A DNA stretch of 32,000 nucleotides from Candidatus Saccharimonadota bacterium (GTDB taxonomy: Archaea; Nanohalarchaeota; Nanosalinia; Nanosalinales; Nanosalinaceae), in the NCBI RefSeq assembly GCF_029232205.1, contig NZ_CP107255.1, forward strand, positions 390,001-422,000. The letters are read 5' to 3'. The notes beneath the pieces were generated by a model that was not told the origin of the DNA, searched no databases, and saw only the letters and a program-made list of their open reading frames with translations. Shown in pieces: positions 7,456-14,826 of this stretch; within the stretch, counting starts at the first letter, position 1; every line of letters starts with the position of its first letter. The position numbers were made by a program, and so were the translations under genes.

Positions 7456-7944
7456 ATGAAAATAGGAATAGTCTCCGACACCCACGACAACATAGAAAAA
7501 GCGGAGAAAGCCGCAGACTTCTTCGAAGGCCGTGTAGAAAAAGTATTCCACTGCGGCGACATGGTTGCGCCATTCACAGCAGAAGTATTCGACAGAGACT
7601 TCGAGTTCTACTCAGTAAGAGGAAACAATGATGGGGAATGGAACCTCAAACAGGCAGTACAGAAATTCGGAGATTTCCACAATAATATGATGGAGGTCGA
7701 AGTTGACAGCCTGAAAATCGCGGTATACCACGGAACTGAGGAAGAGATAGTTAACGGCTTGGTAGAGAAAGATTACGATTATGTATTCAGAGGCCACACT
7801 CATGAGAGAAAACTTGAGGAAAAAGGAGATACAGTAGAGGTTAATCCTGGCGGGATAAAGTTGCCAGGCCAGGAAGAAGGTTTTTCGGTCGCGGTTCTTT
7901 ATACGGAGCAGCAGGAGATAGAGTTCCATCTAATGGAGGAGTGA
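7456..7944 (+). CDS. YfcE/MJ0936-family metallophosphoesterase
   Basis: Motifs GIVSDTHDN, HCGD, GNND and GHTH. I start it at ATG 7456 (MKIGIVSD). The track ORF from 7339 would overlap gatC. Confidence 0.85.
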   Translation: MKIGIVSDTHDNIEKAEKAADFFEGRVEKVFHCGDMVAPFTAEVFDRDFEFYSVRGNNDGEWNLKQAVQKFGDFHNNMMEVEVDSLKIAVYHGTEEEIVNGLVEKDYDYVFRGHTHERKLEEKGDTVEVNPGGIKLPGQEEGFSVAVLYTEQQEIEFHLMEE

Positions 7945-7948
7945 ATTA

Positions 7949-8071
7949 ATGGATTTGAAGTGTCCGGAGTGTGGTGGAGAAATGAGTTTTCAGGGGTACA
8001 GGCCTTTATTCCCTAAATGCACTTCCTGCGAGAAGAATTTTCATGTTGATGATTGTGTTAGAGAAGAGTAG
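7949..8071 (+). CDS. small zinc-ribbon protein (40 aa), not in the ORF track
   Basis: MDLKCPECGGEMSFQGYRPLFPKCTSCEKNFHVDDCVREE. It has CPxC...CxxC, and its ATG lies 4 nt after the upstream stop. Confidence 0.5.
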   Translation: MDLKCPECGGEMSFQGYRPLFPKCTSCEKNFHVDDCVREE

Positions 8072-8096
8072 GTTGGTAGCAGAATTTTGTTGCTAT

Positions 8097-9089
8097 TTAT
8101 CTGTCGCTCTGACGAAGCATAACATTGTATCCAAGATCGGAGCGGCCATCGTGGTTTCCGAGTCTCTCTAGGGCGTCTAGTACTACTTTGATTTCGTCTA
8201 CCTTTCTCTCGACTTGTTCGCTAACATGGCCGAAATTTCTCATTGTTTTCTGGAGGTTTCTTCTCTGCTCTTCTGCTGAAGTGGCAAGTATCTCTGTAGT
8301 ATTGTCTAATCTGCCGCTGTAGGTAAGCTCTTCTGGCCTCTCACTAAAGGCTGTGAAATCGTCTCTGGATTGTGGTTTAAGATCGCTTATGGCGTAGGGG
8401 TGTTCGTGGATATGCTCTGGTCCGAACTCACTTGCGTACTCTGGCTTCGAAGTCTTAAGAAGTGAAGAGTGTACACTCATGTCGTTTGATATGTGAGAAT
8501 GCCCTGAGAATAGAACAGTAGTATCGAATTCTGACGCCAGTTTTTCTGCATTATCTGCCATTCCGACAGACCTCTTCTGTATTGAAAGTGGAACACCTGA
8601 GTCCTCATAGAAAGGACCTTTCTCAGGTTCAAGTCCATGAACTTCTGTATCATTCTCCTCTAGAGCTTCAAAGAACTCATTATACATTTCTTCATCTCTA
8701 ACGTATCCTGTAACTGTGTTCAGGTGATCGATAACTTCCTGAGAAGAAACTTTTCCTTGATTGTATTCTGATACTAGCTCATCATCTTCATAGATAAATT
8801 CTAGGCCTACAACGTCTGGAGAGGTTTCTTCTACAATCTCTGTTAGTGCAGGAAGCCCATCTCCTCTTGTCATGTGTCTCTCGCCAACAAGAATATTGTT
8901 ATCATATTCTATCTCTTCTGAATCTTTCCAGCTGTATAGCTCTGATTCAAAGGCCTCTAGCATCTGAGCAGAATCATCTGTGTAACTTTCTTCCTGGCCT
9001 GAGAAAAGCCCTCCGGAAAGGCCGGTAAGTCCAGCGAGAGCTCCTTTAGCAAAATCTCTTCTCCCCAGTGAAAAACCACTCCTACTCAT
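8097..9089 (-). CDS. Tat-signal secreted protein, possibly ChaN/TIKI-superfamily-like
   Basis: Twin-arginine signal SLGRRDFAKGALAGLTGL. Motifs ILVGERH, VGLEF and LFSGHSH are reminiscent of the ChaN/erythromycin-esterase/TIKI fold. Confidence 0.4.
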   Translation of the reverse strand: MSRSGFSLGRRDFAKGALAGLTGLSGGLFSGQEESYTDDSAQMLEAFESELYSWKDSEEIEYDNNILVGERHMTRGDGLPALTEIVEETSPDVVGLEFIYEDDELVSEYNQGKVSSQEVIDHLNTVTGYVRDEEMYNEFFEALEENDTEVHGLEPEKGPFYEDSGVPLSIQKRSVGMADNAEKLASEFDTTVLFSGHSHISNDMSVHSSLLKTSKPEYASEFGPEHIHEHPYAISDLKPQSRDDFTAFSERPEELTYSGRLDNTTEILATSAEEQRRNLQKTMRNFGHVSEQVERKVDEIKVVLDALERLGNHDGRSDLGYNVMLRQSDR

Positions 9090-9172
9090 ATGTTGTTACT
9101 GTTCAGTTACAGTTATATTGTTTTTGTGTGGTGGCAGAGATTTTTTTAAGAGTCGCCTGTGAAATCGGTTTC

Positions 9173-10534
9173 ATGGGCCTTAAAGAAGTAGTTGAATCGG
9201 ACGAAGAAGTAAACCATGAAGAATTCCTGCAGGAACTGAAAGATAAGAATGAAGAGCTAAACTTCATGAGAGAGATCGAGCAGGGAGAAACAAAGGAAGG
9301 CCCTCTGAATAATGTGCCGTTTGTTGTAAAAGACGCAATCTGTACGGAAGGAACAACAACTTCTGCAGGATCAAAAATACTAGAAAACTACACTCCGGTA
9401 TTCGACGCAACAGTAGTGGAAAGACTGAAAGAGGCCGGAGCACGTTTCTACGGCAAAACAAACCAGGACGAGTTCGGATTCGGTACCTTCTCCACGAACT
9501 GCGCATTTGAAACACCGAGAAATCCTCACGATGAGGAAAGAGTGGTCGGAGGATCTTCAGGTGGAGCAGGAGCAATCGTTGCAGCAATGGACCAACCTCT
9601 AATCTCAATAGGAGAGTCCACAGGAGGATCCATCACAAATCCTGCAGCATACAACGGAGTAGTGGGAATCACACCAACATATGGAAGAGTATCAAGATAC
9701 GGCCTTGTAGACTACGCAAACTCACTTGACAAAATAGGAGTTCTCGCAGAAACAGTATTTGGAGTAGCGAAAGGCCTGGAAGTAATAGCGGGAGAAGACG
9801 AAAGAGATCAGACAACATCAGAAAAAGAAGTACCAGAATACTCCACCAATCTTTCAGAGACAGAAGGAAAACTTGCAGTACCTGTACAGTACCTGGAACT
9901 TGAGGGAGTAGAGGAAGGAGTAATGGAGAACTTCAAGGCCTCCATCGAAGAACTTGAGGAAAAAGGATTTACAGTAGAAGAAGTTGACATGCCACTTCTC
10001 TCAGCAGATGTAGCTGTGCCAGCATACTACGTTCTCGCGATGAGCGAGGCCTCTACCAACCTGGCAAAAATGTCAGGAATCAGATACGGAATGGAAATGG
10101 ATCCTGAGGACTTCGACGACTTCAATGAATACTTCTCAGAGGTCAGATCCGAAGGATTCGGTGAAGAGGCCAAGAGAAGAATTCTTCTTGGAACATATAC
10201 ACGCCAGGCAGGATACAGAGATGAATACTACATTAAGGCCGCAAAGGTAAGGCAGAAGATCATCAACCAGTACCAGGAGATCTTTGAGGAATACGATGCA
10301 GTAATCAGTCCTTCAATGCCGAACATTGCTCCGAAGATTGAAGAGGCAGAATCCATGGCTCCGGAGGAAATCTATGCGATGGATACTCTCACCGTAGGCC
10401 CTAACCTGGCTGGTATGCCGATGATCTCAGTACCTAACGGAGAAAGCAAAGGAATGCCGACAGGCCTTCACATAGTAGGAGACCACTTTGAGGAGCAGAA
10501 AATACTGGATCTGGCCTATAACTATTCGAATTAA
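9173..10534 (+). CDS. gatA: Asp/Glu-tRNA amidotransferase subunit A
   Basis: Amidase signature GGSSGGAGAIVAA and KDAICTEGTTTSAGSKIL. I start it at ATG 9173. TATA-like TTTTTTTAAG lies at 9141-9150. The track start at 9068 would overlap the divergent gene. Confidence 0.9.
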   Translation: MGLKEVVESDEEVNHEEFLQELKDKNEELNFMREIEQGETKEGPLNNVPFVVKDAICTEGTTTSAGSKILENYTPVFDATVVERLKEAGARFYGKTNQDEFGFGTFSTNCAFETPRNPHDEERVVGGSSGGAGAIVAAMDQPLISIGESTGGSITNPAAYNGVVGITPTYGRVSRYGLVDYANSLDKIGVLAETVFGVAKGLEVIAGEDERDQTTSEKEVPEYSTNLSETEGKLAVPVQYLELEGVEEGVMENFKASIEELEEKGFTVEEVDMPLLSADVAVPAYYVLAMSEASTNLAKMSGIRYGMEMDPEDFDDFNEYFSEVRSEGFGEEAKRRILLGTYTRQAGYRDEYYIKAAKVRQKIINQYQEIFEEYDAVISPSMPNIAPKIEEAESMAPEEIYAMDTLTVGPNLAGMPMISVPNGESKGMPTGLHIVGDHFEEQKILDLAYNYSN

Positions 10535-10560
10535 AATATTTTTCTCTTCAACTGAGGATT

Positions 10561-12096
10561 ATGGCTACTGAAGAAGGGGGTTTTCAGAGTTCGGTAGATC
10601 AAATACTTGAGGAGAGTAAAGGCCGTGTAGTGGATGATGTTTCGGGAGAGCTCGAATCAAGTCTTGAACTTAACTCTGAAGGTTACGAGGGTCTTACTGA
10701 ATATGCGGAAGAAGCTATCAGCGAAGTTGAATCAACAGAAAATCCATATGATATAGTTGGGCTTTCAAAGGATCTAAAGGAGAATGTAACAGATCTAGTT
10801 GCCTATGGAGAACTTTTCAGCCAGAAACTCGGGTTTCTCAGCGAATTTCAGGAAGAACTGGTTGATGAAGAAGATATAGAATATGCAGAGCAGTACCTCC
10901 AGGAAAATGAGCATCTTGAAGATACTAGAATTGATGCAGAAGATATTGCAACTGTAAAGGCCCTTAGAGATGGCAGACTTTACGATGAGCTCATGTCTAT
11001 GGGCGATGAAAGGGAATGGGATACAGCTACGATTGGAGATTCCTTGCTATTTGACAACGTCAACGATGTGGCCGATGCAGTTATTGCAGATTACTACTTT
11101 AGAGGTGGAAAAGGCCTTAGAAGCACTATGGGCCAGATAACGCAGTATGGTTTCGAGGATTCTGTCGACTACCAGACTGTAATGATGGGGGCCATGGCAG
11201 AGACGTTCCACTCATCGACACTTGTGCAGGATGACCTGATGGATGGAGATACGGAGAGAAGAGGTAGAGATTCAGCAAACATGATTATGGATCATGTATT
11301 CGGTGAGACCGGAGAAGATATTCCGATTACAACAGGCAACGTTATGGAATCATGGACTAATGATCTCAACGTACATGAGCAGCTGGATATACCTCAGAAA
11401 TCCAAAGAGACATTTGTCAGGGTACAGGATGTTGTTAACAGAGGCCAGAATGAAGATATTTTGATGGGTCACGACCTGGACAGCCTCGATATAGATGATT
11501 ACAAGCACATGAGTATGGGTAAGACAGGATTCCTCTACGGTGGAATACTGAAGATGGTTGCAGAGCACTCCATGGAGAATCTTGACTACACCGAGGAGGA
11601 ACGTCAGGAAGTCAACGAACTTCTGGGAGATTATACAGCTAACTTCAACTTCGCATTCCAGTCAAGCGACGACCTGATAGAAGTACTGGGTGGAGAGACA
11701 GGAAAGTCCGACAGCGACATACCGAACAGAAAAAGAACAGCAACAGTTCTAACTACAGACAGGGCCATGCAACTTCAGGACGAAGATATCAACGGCATGC
11801 CTGCTGAAGAATACTTCAGAGCATTCTTCTCCACAGATCCTGAGAACGACCCAACAGAGAATATAGAGGCCGCAGAAGGCGTGGAGTTCCCTGAAAACAT
11901 CTACGACAACCAGATCCGACGCATAATGGAGGAAAAAGAAGATATTCACAGAGCCCAGCTTGAAGAATGGGCCACGGAAGCCTCAAAAGCTGCTGAAAAC
12001 ATGCAGGAAGTACGAGGATCAGAAGACGGGTTAAACGCTGGAGCTGCAAACCTTCTAAGCAAGGCCGCAGAAGCCATGAACCAGAGAACTCACTAA
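10561..12096 (+). CDS. atypical long trans-polyprenyl diphosphate synthase homologue (511 aa)
   Basis: GGKGLRS. First Asp-rich motif HSSTLVQDDLMDGDTERRG. GKTGFLYGG. Second motif FAFQSSDDLIE followed by GKSDSDIPNRKRT. It also has an acidic N-terminal extension of about 190 aa and internal insertions. Confidence 0.6.
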   Translation: MATEEGGFQSSVDQILEESKGRVVDDVSGELESSLELNSEGYEGLTEYAEEAISEVESTENPYDIVGLSKDLKENVTDLVAYGELFSQKLGFLSEFQEELVDEEDIEYAEQYLQENEHLEDTRIDAEDIATVKALRDGRLYDELMSMGDEREWDTATIGDSLLFDNVNDVADAVIADYYFRGGKGLRSTMGQITQYGFEDSVDYQTVMMGAMAETFHSSTLVQDDLMDGDTERRGRDSANMIMDHVFGETGEDIPITTGNVMESWTNDLNVHEQLDIPQKSKETFVRVQDVVNRGQNEDILMGHDLDSLDIDDYKHMSMGKTGFLYGGILKMVAEHSMENLDYTEEERQEVNELLGDYTANFNFAFQSSDDLIEVLGGETGKSDSDIPNRKRTATVLTTDRAMQLQDEDINGMPAEEYFRAFFSTDPENDPTENIEAAEGVEFPENIYDNQIRRIMEEKEDIHRAQLEEWATEASKAAENMQEVRGSEDGLNAGAANLLSKAAEAMNQRTH

Positions 12097-12135
12097 AAAA
12101 TAAACTTAAAAGGATTCCATGGAGAACTCTAACAC

Positions 12136-13545
12136 ATGACCGACGTAAAAATAGGCCTAGAGACCCACGTGCAACTTGATACAGAAACAAAACTTTTCTG
12201 CGGATGCCCAAATCAGGAAGCAGAAGAACCAAACACGCACGTCTGTGAAACCTGCCTGGGCCACCCAGGAAGCAAGCCAAGACTCAACGATGAAGCACTG
12301 GCCAGAGGAGTAAAAACAGCACAGGCCCTCCAATGCGACATCAATCAGGATATCTTCTTCTCAAGAAAGACATACTTCTACCCTGACATGTCCAAAAACT
12401 ACCAGATCACACAGTACGAAGTACCTGTAGGAGAAGAGGGCAGCTTCGAGGTCAAGGTCGGCGATGAGAAAAAAGACATCGGCATAACAAGACTGCATAT
12501 TGAAGAAGACCCGGCAAAACTTGTACACGAAGGAGGCCAGATCGGAAGATCAAAATACACAAAAGTAGACTACAACAGAGCAGGAACACCACTACTGGAA
12601 ATAGTAACAGACCCAGACTTCAGAAGCCCTGAAGAGGCCCGTGCATACCTCCAGCAACTCGCACAGATGCTTGAATACCTGGAAGTATACTTCCCGGAAT
12701 CAGACTTCGCAATCAAATCAGATGCAAACATCTCCATCGAAGGAGGCCAGCGTGTAGAAGTCAAAAACATTACAGGAACCAAAGGAATCGAACAGGCCCT
12801 CAGCTACGAAATCACGAGACAGAAACAGCTCAAAAAGAGAGGCCGCGAAGTCGAACAGGAAACCAGAAACTACGACGCCAACCAGGAAATAACAGAAAAA
12901 CTCAGGGAAAAAGAAACAGAAGAAGACTACGGCTACATCTTCGACCCTGACCTGACAAGACAGGAACTATCAGAAAACTACAGAAAAGCACTGAGAGAGA
13001 CAATTCCGGAACTACCGCACGAAAAATTCAAGAGATTCAAGGAAGAGTATGGCCTGAAAGAAAAGATAGTTGAATCGCTGATCTCAGACCCGGAAATCGC
13101 AGAGCACTTTGAGGAGCTGGCCAAACAGTACGATGCACAGCTAGTGGCCTCATGGATGACAGGAGACCTGAAAAAAGTCCTTAACTACAACGACCTAACA
13201 TACTCAGAGTCTCCACTGAAAATCCACTGGCTAAACACGATCATAGGCCTACTTGATGAGGACCAGATCTCAGACAGAAACGCAGAGAAACTTCTCAGAG
13301 AACTGGTAGAAGATCCAAGAGAGCCAGATGACATTATCGACGAACAGGACCTGCTCAAAGCAGAGGACTCGGAAATCAGAGAATTCGTAGAGGAAGCAGT
13401 AGAGGAAAACCCTGACGCAGTCGACGACTATGAATCAGGAGAGGAAGAAGCACTCAACTTCCTCGTAGGCCAGGTAATGCAGAAATCTCAGGGCAAGGCA
13501 GATCCAAAAACCGCCCGTGAAAAACTGAAGGAACAGCTGGAATAG
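12136..13545 (+). CDS. gatB: Asp/Glu-tRNA amidotransferase subunit B
   Basis: N-terminus KIGLETHVQLDTETKLFCGCPN. C-terminal YqeY-like tail ALNFLVGQVMQKSQGKADPK. 469 aa. Confidence 0.92.
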   Translation: MTDVKIGLETHVQLDTETKLFCGCPNQEAEEPNTHVCETCLGHPGSKPRLNDEALARGVKTAQALQCDINQDIFFSRKTYFYPDMSKNYQITQYEVPVGEEGSFEVKVGDEKKDIGITRLHIEEDPAKLVHEGGQIGRSKYTKVDYNRAGTPLLEIVTDPDFRSPEEARAYLQQLAQMLEYLEVYFPESDFAIKSDANISIEGGQRVEVKNITGTKGIEQALSYEITRQKQLKKRGREVEQETRNYDANQEITEKLREKETEEDYGYIFDPDLTRQELSENYRKALRETIPELPHEKFKRFKEEYGLKEKIVESLISDPEIAEHFEELAKQYDAQLVASWMTGDLKKVLNYNDLTYSESPLKIHWLNTIIGLLDEDQISDRNAEKLLRELVEDPREPDDIIDEQDLLKAEDSEIREFVEEAVEENPDAVDDYESGEEEALNFLVGQVMQKSQGKADPKTAREKLKEQLE

Positions 13546-13547
13546 AA

Positions 13548-14447
13548 ATGAAGGCCGACGAGTTCCTCGAAGAAAAAGGCCTCGACTTTGAAGTAGTAGA
13601 ACAGGATAATCCTACCCTCGACTGCGACGACGCAGCCCGCGAAAGAGGAGTAAAAACATCTCAGATAGCGAAAAGCCTGATCGTAGACAGAGATGGAGAC
13701 AAAATACACTGCGTACTGCCAGGCGATCGAAAACTCTCAGCAGGAAAATTCGGAGAACACAGACTAGTAGACCCTGAAGAATCCCTTGAAATCACGGGAC
13801 AGGAATCAGGTACAGTACACCCATTCTCATCACAACTTGAACACAGAATCGACAGAAAACTTCTAGAAAGAGACAGAATCTCGTTCACTACGGGAGACAG
13901 CCAGAAAGGAGTAATAATAGATACAGAAAAATTCAGGCAGGGCCTGGAAAAAGCAGACTTCACCTACCAGATAAAAGACATCGTCGACTTCAACGAAAAA
14001 GATATTGAAGAACTGGAAGAGAAAGGCCTTGACGAGGAAGAAGCAAGATTTGTCCTTTCAAGAGGCCTCGAAAAACAGTTTGAAGAACTCAACAGTACTC
14101 ATGAAACCAGTCTGGTGATAGGCCTCCTCGAAGAGTTCGGCCGCCACGACCTTGAATACAGCAGCAAAGTATCAGAAGAAATACTCTCCCGGGCTGAAAG
14201 AGAAACCCACATGCAGAAACTGGTACAGGCCTACGACCGTGAAGGAGAACTACCGGAAGAAAAAGACTTCTCACTTGAGAAGGCTGTTGAAAAAGTAATG
14301 TCGGAAAACTCTGATGCTGTAGAGGACTACAGAGAGGGAAAGGATTCTGCACTGAACTATCTACTGGGACAGGTAATGAAGGAGACCAATGGAAAAGCCG
14401 ATGGCGGAAAGGCCCGAAAAACTTTGATGGACAAACTGGAGGCCTAA
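13548..14447 (+). CDS. YbaK/ProX-type aminoacyl-tRNA deacylase domain fused to a GatB C-terminal (GatB_Yqey-like) domain
   Basis: Residues 1 to about 150 carry YbaK/INS-superfamily motifs: QIAKSLIV (conserved Lys), GTVHPF and RISFTTGD. Residues about 150-299 parallel the GatB C-terminal domain, from EKGLDEEEARFVLSRGLEKQFEEL to SALNYLLGQVMKETNGKADGGKARK. The start lies 2 nt after the gatB stop. Confidence 0.7.
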   Translation: MKADEFLEEKGLDFEVVEQDNPTLDCDDAARERGVKTSQIAKSLIVDRDGDKIHCVLPGDRKLSAGKFGEHRLVDPEESLEITGQESGTVHPFSSQLEHRIDRKLLERDRISFTTGDSQKGVIIDTEKFRQGLEKADFTYQIKDIVDFNEKDIEELEEKGLDEEEARFVLSRGLEKQFEELNSTHETSLVIGLLEEFGRHDLEYSSKVSEEILSRAERETHMQKLVQAYDREGELPEEKDFSLEKAVEKVMSENSDAVEDYREGKDSALNYLLGQVMKETNGKADGGKARKTLMDKLEA

Positions 14448-14453
14448 AAATCC

Positions 14454-14753
14454 TTGACTGAAAAAGAAGAAGATGATTTCGCTGCAGAAATCCAGGAAAT
14501 GATGGATTCTATAGAAGGAAGAGATGTAGGCCAGAAAAGATTCCAGATGTACGAAGTTCTGAGAAAAGCAGTAGAGAAGGAGTACGAAATCGCTGACAAA
14601 GAGCTGCCAGGCCCAGAATCCAGAGTAACGGAGTTAAAAGATGTAAACGGCTATTCTTACAAGCTGGTGCAGGATTTTCTGACTTCAAGCAGCACGCTTG
14701 AAAAAGAGAGAAAGCTTGAGAAACTGATCGAACATTTGAAGTCCCGAATCTGA
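14454..14753 (+). CDS. small acidic hypothetical protein
   Basis: 99-aa ORF with a TTG start 6 nt after the upstream stop. An alternative ATG lies at 14499. I recognise no family. Confidence 0.45.
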   Translation: MTEKEEDDFAAEIQEMMDSIEGRDVGQKRFQMYEVLRKAVEKEYEIADKELPGPESRVTELKDVNGYSYKLVQDFLTSSSTLEKERKLEKLIEHLKSRI

Positions 14754-14761
14754 GGCCTATA

Positions 14762-14803
14762 TTTAATAACCGGTATCGGGTTGAATTCCGTTTGGTTATT
14801 AAA
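14762..14803. other. perfect 10-bp inverted repeat whose 3' arm doubles as the GT2 TATA box
   Basis: TTTAATAACC (14762-14771) pairs with GGTTATTAAA (14794-14803) across a 22-nt loop. The 3' arm lies 24-33 nt upstream of ATG 14827. Confidence 0.5.
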
Positions 14804-14826
14804 CTTCTTTGCTGAAAAAATGTGAT

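Noticed and set aside
9068-9172. A 35-codon N-terminal extension of gatA from the track (MKNHSYSYVVTVQLQLYCF...)
   Set aside because: It would overlap the divergent Tat-protein gene. The extension is hydrophobic and Cys-rich, unlike GatA. A TATA-like box at 9141-9150 fits the ATG at 9173.
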